DNA of 64,000 bases, from the NCBI GenBank assembly GCA_044892505.1, contig CM097884.1:7874001-7938000 (forward strand), given 5' to 3'. Below are positions 18,284 to 31,091 of the stretch, one piece after another. This stretch comes from Schmidtea nova (Eukaryota). Position 1 is the stretch's first letter, and each line of letters opens with the position of its first letter. The notes under the pieces were generated by a model that was not told the origin of the DNA, did not search any database, and worked only from the letters and a program-made list of their open reading frames with translations. Both the position numbers and the translations under genes were made by a program.

Positions 18284-19346
18284 ATTGCTTCTTGATTTCA
18301 CTAACAAATTGCAATTTCTAAATGAATGACCTTCTTTACCGCATATTAAGCATTTGTCCTTCAAAGGACACTCAAATCGCATATGGTCACTTTGTCCACA
18401 ACAAAAGCATTGACCAGATCTTAACCTTTCTTCTGCTGGCTCAGGTAGACCACAACATCTATTATAAACTTTCCTTGCGATATGCTTCATTGAAACTAAC
18501 GGTGGTGGTCTACGATCCATAGTTGTCCTCTCATTATATTGTTCTACCACGGGTTTCACTCTATCAATTTGTCTTTCGCTTCTTTCATTTCTATTTTGAT
18601 AACTTATTTCTGGTTGACGAATCGAATACATTCTATTATTTAAAGATGTTTTTTAGTCCATTGCTTCTGTTTATCTTGAGCAACGTTTGCACAGGTTTAT
18701 TTCACTACTGCCTGAACTTCTTCAAATCGTTCTTTTGCATCGTAGCCTTCTCGTGCCTCATATACTTTTGCTAAATTTCTAATTTCTTCCCTCACGATAT
18801 TAGCCTCGTTGAAATATTTTCTTTCAAACGGTCGTTCCGAACTCTGCTGCACAAAATCATTTCAACAATATTTTCTTTTGAAATTCCACAGTCAAAGACT
18901 TCGTCAACAAGTTTCTTTACTCGTATCTCGAATGTAATAAATCTTTCATCGTTATTTTGTTTCACTGCTGATAAGTCACAAATCTTATCCATAACGGACT
19001 TCTTTTTGGTAAATGTTTCATTAAACCATTCACGAGCTTTTTCATTCGTTGTGTCGATGTCCTTAAATTCTTTCCAGAGAATATATGCTTCTTCAGACAA
19101 TAATAAATCAAAAATACTTACTAAATTTAGATCATTTAGTAGCATCCAATCTTCAATATCCTTGAGCAATTTTTCTGCTTCTACCATGCTTCGGCCGTCG
19201 AATCTTCTGACATTAAAATTCAAAATGTCTTTTGCCTGTTTAGGCATAGATTCCATAATCATCTTTCTATACTGATTTATTGTCACCGCGTGAATCGGCT
19301 CGATTTTTTCGGCGTGGTCGCCAGTTACAATCTCTTCATAATTCAT
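18284..19346 (-). pseudogene. Ty3/gypsy-like gag (capsid region plus two CCHC zinc knuckles), disrupted
   Basis: RRFDG...KQNNDERFITFEIRVKKLV capsid-like ORF; frameshift/stop near 18790; CFCCGQSDHMRFEC and CLICGKEGHSFRNC knuckles. Confidence 0.85.
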
Positions 19347-19435
19347 AACAATTTAACAAATTAAAATATATATTTTTAAAACAGTGCTAACTTGATAATA
19401 TTTAAACAAGGTTAATTATTGAACATCACTATAGA

Positions 19436-22109
19436 CAGGGATCCCCAAAGTGCGGCCCCCGGGCCGCATGCGGCCCTCGAGCAATTCAAATGCGGCCCCT
19501 GGCCGAATTTTATAAATTTGAATAATTAAATTACATGGCTTTGTTTTTAATAGGGCCATTTTGTAACATTTTTTAACGAACTAAGTCTTGTTGAATTACT
19601 TATCTTCAATTTAACAATCCCATTATATTTATTTAATATTCATTTTAACAGCATTTGCCAATATAGATTTTTTATAATTCATTTGCGTTTTACAGAAATG
19701 CAAAATATCTTTCCCACTCAAAGTTAACGATGCTTTGCGCCACGGTTACCTTCCTCAGTGATTTTGGCTCTTCTGAAATTGTGTTAGTGATTACACTTCC
19801 TTACGTTCGTAGTTACGTTAATATAACGCCATATACTTAATTTAATTTTTTTTTTCAATAAATGGATGGAGCAAAAAAACGTCGCATTGCAGACGAAAGA
19901 AGGCAGTTTAAAGCAAGTTGGACAAATGACTATTTTGTTATTGAGAACAGTGAAAAGATAATTTGTTTAATATGCCAACAAATAATTTCGGTGATGAAAG
20001 AATACAATGTCAAAAGACACTATGAGACCAATCATGAGGATTACGTTGCTTATGTTGGAGAGCAGAGAAAGCAAAAGGTGACTAAATTACAAACTGGGCT
20101 TTCAGCCCAGCAGTCAATCTTTAAAAATGTTATTAAAATCAATGAAGCAAGTATTGAGGCAAGCTACATTGTTGCTCATGAAATTGCAAAAAGATGTAAA
20201 CCGTTCAATGATGGGGAATTTATAAAGGATTGCCTTATGAAAGTGGTAGATAAAGTTAGTCCAGATAAAAGAAATGCATTCAAAGGAGTCAGTCTGTCCA
20301 GTCAAACCATAACACGCAGAGTTGAAGACATTGGCAAAGATCTTGAAAATCAACTTCAACTAAAGGCTCAAAAGTTTGTTGCGTTTTCATTGGCAATAGA
20401 CGAAAGTACAGATATTGGAGACACTGCTCAGCTATTAATTTTCATTCGTGGCATAACTGACAATTTTGAAGTTATTGAAGAAGTCTTAAAATTGTGTAGT
20501 CTAAAAGGAAGAACGAGGGGAACGGATATATTCGGAGCAATGTGCACAGCAATCGAGGAAATGAAATGTCAATGGTCAGCACTCACTGGAATAACTACAG
20601 ATGGTGCACCGTCAATGGTCAGCAAAAAAATTGGTCTTGTTGGTTTGATTAAAAAAAAAGCTGCTGAAGAAGGGCGAGATATTCTTCATTACCACTGCAT
20701 AATACATCAAGAAGCACTTGTAACGAATTTCTTAAAGATGGAACATGTTATGACTGTCATTGTAAAAACTGTAGATTTTATTAAATCACGGGGACTGAAT
20801 CATCGCAAGTTTAAAACGTTTCTGGAAGAATCTGAAACGGATTTTGGTGATTTGATTTATTTTACAGCTGTTCGATGGTTAAGCCGAGGTGCAACATTGA
20901 AACGTTTTTTTAATCTCAGAAACAAAATTTCCGAGTTTTTGGATAATAAAAACGAGAATAAAAAGGAATTGAATGAAAATGGACAAAATTGTTTAGTTCT
21001 GCTGCAAAATGTGAGTTGGTTTACAGATTTAGCATTTTTAGTAGACATCACTTCACTGTTGAACGAACTTAATTTGAAGTTGCAAGGCTGTGGAAAGTTT
21101 ATTACTACTTTAGTGGACAGTGTGAAATCGTTTGTAAGAAAGCTAACCCTACTGCAAAAACAACTGAAGGACGGAAATTTATCTCATTTCGTGGCTTGCA
21201 CGGAGATTTCAAACCAAAACAGACAAGCTCTTGAACTTTTGCGTTCTGACAAATATTTCGAGATTATTAGCAGTTTACTATCTGAATTTGCCCGACGTTT
21301 CTCTGACTTCAGATTACATGAAACGTCATTTGCTATTTTCCAGAATACATTTGCTTGTGAGCCAGATATTGCACCAACTGATTTGCAATTAGAACTGATT
21401 GACTTGAAGGAAAATTCAGAGGCGCGAACTTCATTTCATGCTTTAAGCTTGATGGAATTTTATCGAAGCCTTCCGTTTTCGGCCTATCCGTCTATTCGAC
21501 AACATGCTCAGCGTATCGGGTCACTTTTCGGAGCCACCTACATCTGTGAAAGAACATTTTCTACAATGAATATCACCAAATCCAAGATGAGGTCACGATT
21601 GACTGATAATCATCTTAGCGCAATCCTGCGCATTGCAACAACAAGCTTCGAACCTCGCTTTGGTAATATAATTTCTCAAAAATCTCAACTTCACAAATCA
21701 CATGACGTTCCCCAGAAGAAGTAAATTTGATTTTGACAACTCCAAGCTAAATCCTAACAACATTTACTTTTAATTTCACTACAAACGATTTGCAAGTAAC
21801 GACATTTTATGTTGAATAAATAAATAAATTATTTTATGTGTTATTACGCAATTTTATACATTTATAGTTTTAAAAATTTAATTTCAAGCACTTCATTAAT
21901 GCTTAATTGATTTCATATAATTTTATTATATATCAAATATGTAAGCCTTAATTTCTATGCCTAGGCCCTAGGCTAGGGCATTTAGGGCTTGCATTTATAA
22001 GCTAAACTTGGACTTGGCGATTTTGGCGCTTGCATGATACCCTATGGCCCGCAAGACTTTATCGTGCCACTAAAGCGGCCCTCGGTATCCAATACTTTGG
22101 GGACCCCTG
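19436..22109 (+). mobile_element. hAT DNA transposon, SPIN/Buster-like, autonomous-looking
   Basis: 16-bp TIRs CAGGGATCCCCAAAGT / ACTTTGGGGACCCCTG (1 mismatch); subterminal CGGCCC repeats; intact transposase ORF. TSD not cleanly matched. Confidence 0.9.
19862..21724 (+). CDS. hAT transposase (GTF2IRD2/SPIN-like), 620 aa, intact
   Basis: CLIC...KRHYETNH zinc finger; AIDESTD, TTDGAPSM, HCIIHQEAL, RWLSRG, TYICERTFS (DDE). Confidence 0.95.
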   Translation: MDGAKKRRIADERRQFKASWTNDYFVIENSEKIICLICQQIISVMKEYNVKRHYETNHEDYVAYVGEQRKQKVTKLQTGLSAQQSIFKNVIKINEASIEASYIVAHEIAKRCKPFNDGEFIKDCLMKVVDKVSPDKRNAFKGVSLSSQTITRRVEDIGKDLENQLQLKAQKFVAFSLAIDESTDIGDTAQLLIFIRGITDNFEVIEEVLKLCSLKGRTRGTDIFGAMCTAIEEMKCQWSALTGITTDGAPSMVSKKIGLVGLIKKKAAEEGRDILHYHCIIHQEALVTNFLKMEHVMTVIVKTVDFIKSRGLNHRKFKTFLEESETDFGDLIYFTAVRWLSRGATLKRFFNLRNKISEFLDNKNENKKELNENGQNCLVLLQNVSWFTDLAFLVDITSLLNELNLKLQGCGKFITTLVDSVKSFVRKLTLLQKQLKDGNLSHFVACTEISNQNRQALELLRSDKYFEIISSLLSEFARRFSDFRLHETSFAIFQNTFACEPDIAPTDLQLELIDLKENSEARTSFHALSLMEFYRSLPFSAYPSIRQHAQRIGSLFGATYICERTFSTMNITKSKMRSRLTDNHLSAILRIATTSFEPRFGNIISQKSQLHKSHDVPQKK

Positions 22110-22732
22110 GACTAGAGAATGGTCTTCTATCGAGCGAATGAACCCTTATGGGCAAGAGGGGAATAGTAACCACCTAGGTTGCTCACCTGCCCTCTTGACA
22201 TACACCGGTTGGTGCAGTTCCAATGTGAGGTACAATTAGGGCATCATCGTGGGGTTCATGATTGTATATTGGTGGAGTTTACCCTAATATGAACACCAAT
22301 AAAACTCACCTAGGAATCAACCACACACCAGCAGAGGTAAAATATTATAAAGCGATGTTATAGAAAGTTAAGAGTAGATAAATATAAGAGGACCTTTAAA
22401 GTAAAGAGTAATTATGCTCATAATACCTTTTATCGGCGGCAGGAACCCGAAAGAGAGAATACAATGAGGAGTAATTTGGCAATACAGCTCACCTGCTCAT
22501 TGAATTCTCCCACCACTGTGTATATTATGAACATTGTTTATCAATAAGTAACTATGGATACACTAGTGAGGGAGATTTAATCATTTTCTTGGAGGTGTGC
22601 AGGTTATGGTAACCTTAGCAATAACAATTTTTTACAACCCGTACGCCAACATAAGTATGAATTTGAAAACCAGAATAAAAATTGCAGAAACAAAATTTTA
22701 ACCCTTTGGACGAGTACGTCGACTAAAGTCGC

Positions 22733-22735
<3 letters not shown>

Positions 22736-22788
<53 letters not shown>
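22736..22788. repeat. (TA)n microsatellite
   Basis: About 26 consecutive TA units. Confidence 0.95.
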
Positions 22789-22796
<8 letters not shown>

Positions 22797-24425
22797 TTTA
22801 ACACCTCCAAAGGGTTAAAGAGAAACTGAAAGAAAATACGACAACTAAAAACTGAAATCTAAAATCCCTATTGGATTCAAAGAGAAATAATCAATAAAGT
22901 AATAGTCCAACTCATTCAAATATATCGATAGGATTGAAACCGAGAAGCAGCCAAGCAATCTTTGAGCGTGATAGAGTAAGCACCAAGATTTGAGTTTTTC
23001 AAATCTGAGTAATTGTATTTAAAGAGAAATCAAATCGATTGTAACTGATAATTAATAAATTTTTGTAATAGAGAATCTGTTATTGTTGTTGCTATTTCAA
23101 AACACGCCTGGAGTCAGATCGATAGATAGTGGTTTATAATTTCACAGACTACCCAACAGTACTATTATCTTCAAAATAAACTGTATTTTTGTTCATTAAT
23201 ATTACTTTAGAAACTTAATAGAAAGCAATCGAGATTTTAGATATTTCATGTAATTACCAGCACAATTAACCAATTAGCTATCAGTTCACCCTAATTATAG
23301 CAAGATGTAACTCAGAGTAACAATTGAGTTTTAAATAATAATATTTTCATAACTTTTTAATAAAAGAGCATGAATTATTTTTATTTATTTAAATTATGTA
23401 TGAATATATAACATTGAAATTTGAATTTCTCATGTGGCCCAGAGCCACATCTTGGTATGATCCGTTATAAGAACATGGCACAAATAAGAGTTAATGAAGT
23501 AAAATTTGTGGATTCCCTCAGACTAAATCCATTTCTTTTCATTGGAGTATTTATTCAGTTTGATGTTTCCGCTAAATTGTATCATTTTCTTAATCAAAAA
23601 TATAGGATCAAGTTATCTTAATTTTGTTAATGTGTAACTTGATAATTTTATCACATAGCATCGGTTAAAATTCATTTAAAATTAATTTTTATTGTCGTGC
23701 AACTCTCTTTCGAGTTGAGAATTGAACTTTTTCACAAGTGACAGATTACTCAAAAGTGACTCTTTCTCTTTGAATCTAAATGTGGTTTTTTTGGCATAAT
23801 TTTAAAAAAAAATTTTGAAATTTAAATTTAATGGTGATACTTTTCTGCATTAATAGTTAAATTCTTTATAAATATTACCAAATTAACAGAAATAATATTC
23901 TAAAATTAAGTCATTCTAATCGAGCAAATTATTATTAGTTTTAAAGAATTAAGTAATTTAATAAAACATTAAATTATTTTAAAAATAAATTATTTTTTTA
24001 TTGAATAAAAGAAAATTTTATTCAGCGGAATAATAATAAATCAGTTTCGCCTTATCGAATATAGAGCTAATAAATCTTTATTTCTTCTTTGAATAAAAAA
24101 ATCCAATAAAACCAGATTATTCTTTATTTTTGTGACCAGTGAAATTAACTGGAATATCTGATTACTTTACTTTCATAGTGGAAACAACATAGAATTTGAA
24201 TTTTCCAACAGATTTATTGACTATAATTTAGTTATTTTGTTCTACAGCAGATTGGTGAGAAAATTTCTGAGAATCGATTGATCTCATCTTTGAGGTGATG
24301 ACTCCTTAATATATTTCTTGCCTGTTTGCTAAATTATATTTCCAAATGAAACACACGCTGATGCTCCTTGGTGATTGGCTGACGAATCAAAAATTTGTTA
24401 TGATTAATGGATTAATTTCCAATCC

Positions 24426-24827
24426 ATGCATAGTGTAAAGGTGTTGATTCCCACTTATTACTCGAAACCTAGTCTTCAATATCAATTAATAAACAACAGT
24501 TATCATGAAATGCCATACATTGAGAACTCTTTCAATAACAAACGTTGGACTTCAAATTTAATCAAACAAGAACCAATTGGATCTCACAATGTTACCTATA
24601 TGATTATGTCAGGACTTGTTGCTTTGTTCATTAATTTTTTCTTTGGGATCATAGCCGTAGTATGTTCCATTTATTCATTTCAGTTGTTGAAACGATTTGA
24701 TTCCACAAATGCCAAGAAATGGGGACGGGTAGCTTTCATATTAAATATACTCGGGATTTTAACTACGATGTTTCTCGTAATTTTGATTTTTCGACTGAAT
24801 TTCAGTGACCGAAACGTTTCTCATTAA
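24426..24827 (+). CDS. CD225/dispanin-family (IFITM/PRRT-like) membrane protein, probable host gene
   Basis: TYMIMSGLVALFINFFFGIIAVVCS...DSTNAKKWGRVAFILNILGIL matches the two-hydrophobic-segment CD225 pattern. Confidence 0.75.
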   Translation: MHSVKVLIPTYYSKPSLQYQLINNSYHEMPYIENSFNNKRWTSNLIKQEPIGSHNVTYMIMSGLVALFINFFFGIIAVVCSIYSFQLLKRFDSTNAKKWGRVAFILNILGILTTMFLVILIFRLNFSDRNVSH

Positions 24828-26127
24828 TTGAGCAGGAAAATATTAAGAAGTACCAAAATCAATTTTTAATTACTTTTCTTGGTGAGATTCAATTGAACTT
24901 CTTTTTATTTTAAACTTGAATAGTGTGGGAAATAAATTTAGTATTTAAATGTGTTTTACGTGGGTAATAAATTTTTTATTTGATATAATTGGGATATTTT
25001 AATAGTTGTGTGGGGAATGACACGAAATTTACTTATTATTGCTTTCCAATTCAGAAACATCATATGAACTTGTTCATTTGTATTAAATTTTACCCGTGGG
25101 CTATTGATTTCATCAACATATCCTTCGTTGTAACAAATTTTATCTTTATTCGAAATAATGAACATATTGAAATCTTAATATCAATAATTTCCGTAAGACT
25201 ACACCTGTTTCGTACATTAAAAGTTTCTATAACATAAATTAAAAATAACCAATAGCAAATGAAAACTTATATTGGTGTTAAATTTTAATTTTTCATAGTT
25301 TAAAAGTTTTATTATGTGATAGACAATCTGTAAGAAAAAATTATTACACCCAAACACAACACATAATTACCACAATAACAATTAACACTGGAAACTATTG
25401 AATATCACAAATATTTTCTTTAACATGAATTGACCCAAACTCAGCAGTCTAACAACTGATTATACGGTGCTTATTACGGCACGATGGTGAAGAATAGCAC
25501 CTTTGTATAATTTTGGTTCGAACAATCACTCACCACTGAGGGATACAACAATTGGTTATTTAACTGGTTGCTTTCTTGGTTTGACTTGGATTTACGCTGA
25601 ACTTCAGTCGATTATTAACTGGATCAGCTCATGTTGCTTATCTCTTTGTTTCTCTGTCTCTTCTCAACTCTTCTTTAAGTTTATTTTTTAAGTTTTGCTT
25701 CGGGTTTCTTTACAATTCTCTTCACTTCTAATTCAATTAATTCTTCTCCCGCTTTCTGTCTCTCACAACTTCTATTCACAATATTCTGTTTCACAATTTC
25801 TCTCTACAATTCTGCTCTCTAAAATTCTGTCTAAATTTGTAAAATTCTGCATCTAAAAGTCTGACCCTTTCTGCTGTGTTTCTCTTTTTATATCTCGTCA
25901 AATTTTATGGCACTAGAGATAATTTTGTTTTTTGCATTTTAATTCCCGGCCATCTCGTGTTTTCCCCCAATTCCTGTTTTTTCTATGACAGCTGTCTAGA
26001 TTATTTTAGATTTCTCTTTTTTCCTTTTTAAGCCGACTTTTTAAGCCGATCATTATTTTAATAATAATACTAAAAATAATCACAATAATAACTTCATAGT
26101 ATTAAACAATAATAATAACAATATTAA

Positions 26128-26332
26128 TTATTATTATTATCAATAATTCTCATAATGACTATAGATCAAAATTTTTTTATAAACAATAACACAATATTTC
26201 GGCACAGCCTTTATCAAGTGTGTATTTATCAAGTGTGTACACTTGATAAAGGCTGTGCCGAAATATTGTGTTATTGTTTATAAAAAAATTTTGATCTATA
26301 GTCATTATGAGAATTATTGATAATAATAATAA
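26128..26332. repeat. Long perfect palindrome: 94-bp arms, 17-nt loop
   Basis: 26128-26221 is the exact reverse complement of 26239-26332; the loop is part of a tandem duplication of TTTATCAAGTGTGTA. Confidence 0.92.
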
Positions 26333-28034
26333 AAAAAGATCAAAGGTGAAAAAAGATAATTATGATAATATTAATTATATTAATTATAATAATAATAATT
26401 TTTAATTAATTTTGGCATTTACATGCCTCAAAAACTCTAATCTCATTCCACCCGGCACTTATGTGCCTTTGATTTAAACTATTTTTTGTGGCATTTAACG
26501 CCAATTCGGAATTTGTGGCTCTTATGTGCCTTATCAATTTGTTACTATTTTTTTCAATTTTGGTGGCACTTTACTGTGCCTTTTAATATTAAAAAAATTT
26601 ATTTTTCACTGGAATTTGCGGTATTTTTCACTTTCGCCGCTATCCTGACTGGTTGTCAAGATAGCGGGATCGCACACAATTCCACCACAATTAACAGATT
26701 TATGAAACTAAATAAAGTGCATGTACTATGAATTGAACCAATTTCATTGGTTATACTGATTGGTTGTACTGTACTAAGTGCTGACATTTCCTGATACAAA
26801 AGATGCCAATGAGATAGAGAAAATATAAGTGTTTAATTAATCATAAATTACGAAGTTCTTACCATATTATGTCTTCACATTCACGAAATGGAAGAGTTTC
26901 TGTAGAAATTTCGGAAATATCGGAAATCCTATGAAATATTGAATTAAATATAGTTTTTAAAAAAATCTTACGACGTATTTTCTCTTTCTCGAAAACTAAC
27001 AGTCGATTCATTTGAAGAGCATTCAAAATTCATATTTTTCACCAAAAAAAAATTTTATTATAAATATTTTAATCACGAAATGAGATGTACCCTTAAAAGT
27101 TTGCATGCAATTTTTATTGTGTGTTGTGTTTGTGTGTATATATTTTAATTTTTCTTACAGAATGTCTATCACATATTAAAATTTTTAAACGACGAAATAT
27201 CAAAATGCAACACCTACGTAAGTTTTCATTTACTATTGGTTATTTTTAATTTACATTATAGAAATTTTTAATGCTTGAAATCAGGTGTAGAGAAGCCCCA
27301 ACTACAAGTCTACATCCACACAAGTATACAAGTGCTGTTGGTGAACATGGCCCCGGGTATTAAGCTATGGACGAACAAACAACACAACACACCAACTGGA
27401 CAACTCAACTCCACACCACAGACAGAAAATAGAATTTATTCGATTTGGATGGGTAATTTTATGCATTTTTTCTTCAATCGATTTAATAAAAATTTCAGAT
27501 TCTGTGGCATTCTTCTACTTCCAATCTCTTATTAAGAAATTATCGTTGGAAAAGCCCTCCAGCTGTAACAGACACTATCTCAAATTTAACTCTTTTCATC
27601 AATTTAAGAGTATATGCATTTTTTTGTGGATAAAATTAACTTTATCTCATTATTTTGCTAATTTAATTTCCAGGTGAGATTTGACATTTATTAAGCTAAT
27701 TATTATTATTTTTTTTACATTTAATTTTTATAAAAAAAAGCAACTATTTTTATATTATATCCAAAAATTGATATTGCATTTATTGTAGATGAGTGATTCA
27801 GTTTATATTTTGTGTTATTCCTGATATTATTTTGTAAATATATCAATGGAAATGCTAAAATCAGTGTATTTTAAAGTTCCCTTTGTATTTAATGAAATGT
27901 GAGGTATCACAATATTTTTTATAAACTGTTACAGTGCCAGCATCCTATTTTTAGGAAGTACAAATCGAAGTATCGAGTGAAACTTTTTTTAAGAACTTTT
28001 ATAAATGAATTTCGTAAAATAATTTTTGGATATA

Positions 28035-31000
28035 CAGTTGACTCCGCTTATAAGAATATCAGATATAGGAATACTCCGCTTATAATGATGGAATTTATAT
28101 GTCCCGGATTTTTTTTGCAATTTTTATATAGTGAGAACTCCGCTTAAACGAATCACGGATATAAGAATACTCCGCATATAAGAATATGAGTTGAAATTTA
28201 TTTTTGATTTAAACTCCGCTTAAGTGCATATTTACATGTATCAATACAATAAGCATCATCGTAGTGAGCATGTCGACGCTTGTTTATTGGCTGAATTTTT
28301 GAGAATTTTTAAGTGCAAATTTTTTATGCTGCTATATTAAAGGTCGTTACCGTGAATAAAAACATTTGTTTTTTTTATATAAATAATTATTATGTATCAG
28401 TATCATGGCTAATGCTTCGAAAAGAAACACGCTTACAATTGAGAAAAAGCTTCAAGTTTTGGAGGCGTTAAAATCCGAAAAGCAACCTGCTGTTGCTGAG
28501 AAGTTTAATGTGAGTCAATCAACAATCTCCAAAATAAAGAAAGCGGAAAAAGAGATCCGCCATGAAGCTCTAACAAACGGGAATCTGAACTGAAAAAGAA
28601 AACAGGCAAGTCCAAATGAAGAAATTTCCGATGCGCTGATGGAATGGTTTTTTCAAATGCGGCAGCAAAATGCTGTGATCAATGGCCCATTAATGATGGA
28701 AAAGGCGTGACAGTTAGCAGTGATGCTTGGGCATGTATTATTTGTTCCAACTAATGGCTGGCTAGAGCGTCTTAAAATTCGGCATAACATTACATTCATG
28801 AAAATTGTCGGCGAAAGAGCTGCTGCAGATCATACCGGGGCTGAAAATTGGATTGTCAACATCTTGCCCACGTTGATTGAAGGGTACGATGAATCAGATA
28901 TCTTTAATGCCGACGAAACATCCCTATTCTACAAAGCAGCACCCTCTGGTACGTTTGCTGCTACTGATACTCAACCAACTGGTGGAAAAGCGCTTAAAGA
29001 ACGAATGACTGTGCTTCTTATCTGCAACGCTAACGGTACCGAAAAGAAAGCATACGCAGTTGGGAAATTCGCAAATCCACGCTGCTTTCGAAATGCTTGA
29101 CCGCCTTTCCCATATTTTAACAGCAGTAATGCGTGGATGACCAGTCGAATTTGGTCTAGTATTCTTATTGAATTTGATCGGAAGCTTGGCGATAGAAAAA
29201 TCATTCTGTTTGCCGATAACGCTGCTTGTCATAAAATGGAAGGAAAGCTCAATAATATTAAATTGGCATTTATACCACCGAACACAACGTCTCTTATACA
29301 GCCGTTGGATCAAGGAATCATCCGTACTATGAAAGTTCACTACAGAACGCAAGTGATGCGGCAAATGCTTCAGGCCATAGAAGAAGGATACTCAATTATT
29401 GATTACACAAAATCAATTGACGTGCTAGTTTCCTTGCACATGCTGAAGCAGGCGTGGTTGCTTGTGTCGCCAGCCACGATCCGAAACTGTTTCCGAAAGG
29501 CTGGTTTTCAAACTGTTGGTCTAGAATTTCATGAAGATGATGTATTGCTAATTCAATCAGCTACTACTGAGCAAGGAGAAGCAGTCATGCAAGAGGATTT
29601 TGAAGCATTCGTAGACTGCGATAATGAAGTCGCATGTTATGGCACGTCAACCGATGCTGAAATTTGCGATCAAGTACAGCGTAAGCACCAAAAAGTGAAT
29701 GACGACAATGACCAAGAAGAACTTAATGGGGTGCAGTTGTTTGAGGCACCCAGAGTAACGCATAAAGAAGCATTACATGTGTTGGATGACGAGGGGAGGC
29801 CCATAGAGGCATTTAAAATCAATAAATATTACCATACAGGTAATAATAGATACCGAGTTAATATCTATCTGGAAAAGTAATCCCCATCGTCAATCGTCTG
29901 TCGCAATCGTCTCAATACCCGTCTCAATACCCGTCTCAATATCCGTCTCAAGTGCCGTCTCAATCATCTGAATCAAATAATAACATCAGCAGAAATCCCT
30001 TTCGTAAAATAACTATAAACTATCTAAAACCCTAATTCACTCTATCAATCTCTGTGATCATCATCATTGTCTAACAATTCTTAACCCTTCAATCTTTGTG
30101 ATCATCATTTGACTATTTAATCAAACATTTTGAACTGTCAATAGACTTTAGTAAATGTGATCGAATTATTTATTTCTTAGTGTTTAATTTCTTATTAATC
30201 TGTAAAAATATTTTATTAACCGGTAAATATGTGCAATTTATTTTTATTATTTTTATCAACAAATATGTTTAATTTATTTTTATTATTATGTTTAATTTTA
30301 TTCAGTAAATCTGTAACAGCAATCTCCTTCGGGATAAATAAAGCAATTTTAATAATTATTTTATTCAGTAAATCTGTAACAGCAATCTCCTTCGGGATAA
30401 ATAAAGCAATTTTGATAAATATCGGAAATTGGTAAAACGAAATAAATCAATTTTAATATCAATTTTTAATTTTAGTATATAAGGCAATGACAATTTAGTC
30501 AGATTGCCATAAAATCAAGTAAAACTTTTTGCGATTAAATTTTGCTCTCTCAGGTACAAATCCTGTAGAGCTTTTAAAATCGACCAGTTGGTCAAAAACA
30601 TAAAAATTAAAACTTGTTGAAGTTGAATTGAAAGTGTGAAAGTGTAGAATATCCATTTGTACACAATTTTTTAATTATAATTTTGTTATTGAATAAATTT
30701 TTTAAACAGACCTCTTATTGTCTTGTTTATTTATATAGGAACCACCAACCCCCAGTTGAGATTTCAAGTACACATATTTGAGACCTCAACACATGCGCTC
30801 GCGACTATTCGACATTATTTGGAGCAAAATATTACAGAATACGACGAGTATTATGCAGTTGCAGATATGATCGAGAAAAATGCATCCAAAAATCGCATAC
30901 AACAGAAAATTACAGATTTTTTAAACAATAAAAGCATAATTGTATGTCCTTTGATATTTTAATTATTAATTTGACAATAAAAACTTCATACTTTAAAGTT

Positions 31001-31091
31001 AATATTGGTCTAACTCTCCATATAGGAATACTCCGAGTATAAGAATGCCTATTATTTGGTCCGGGCTTATTCTTATAAGCGGAGTCGACTG
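28035..31091 (+). mobile_element. Tigger/pogo DNA transposon, degenerate, interrupted by a solo LTR
   Basis: 24-bp TIRs CAGT(T/C)GACTCCGCTTATAAGAATA flanked by TA; CENP-B-like HTH and FNADET, FADNAACH, QPLDQGII motifs with several stops (28405-30962). Confidence 0.92.
29780..30791. mobile_element. Solo LTR inserted in the Tigger transposase
   Basis: TGTTG...CAACA termini and 4-bp TSD CATG; removal restores HKEALHALATIRHYLE. Confidence 0.85.

Noticed and set aside
19427-22117. 8-bp TSD for the SPIN-like hAT
   Set aside because: Best match CACTATAG vs GACTAGAG is 6/8 and offset by one base; not claimed.
27161-27450. Possible exons with GT-AG boundaries
   Set aside because: No frame gives a recognisable or consistently open protein.
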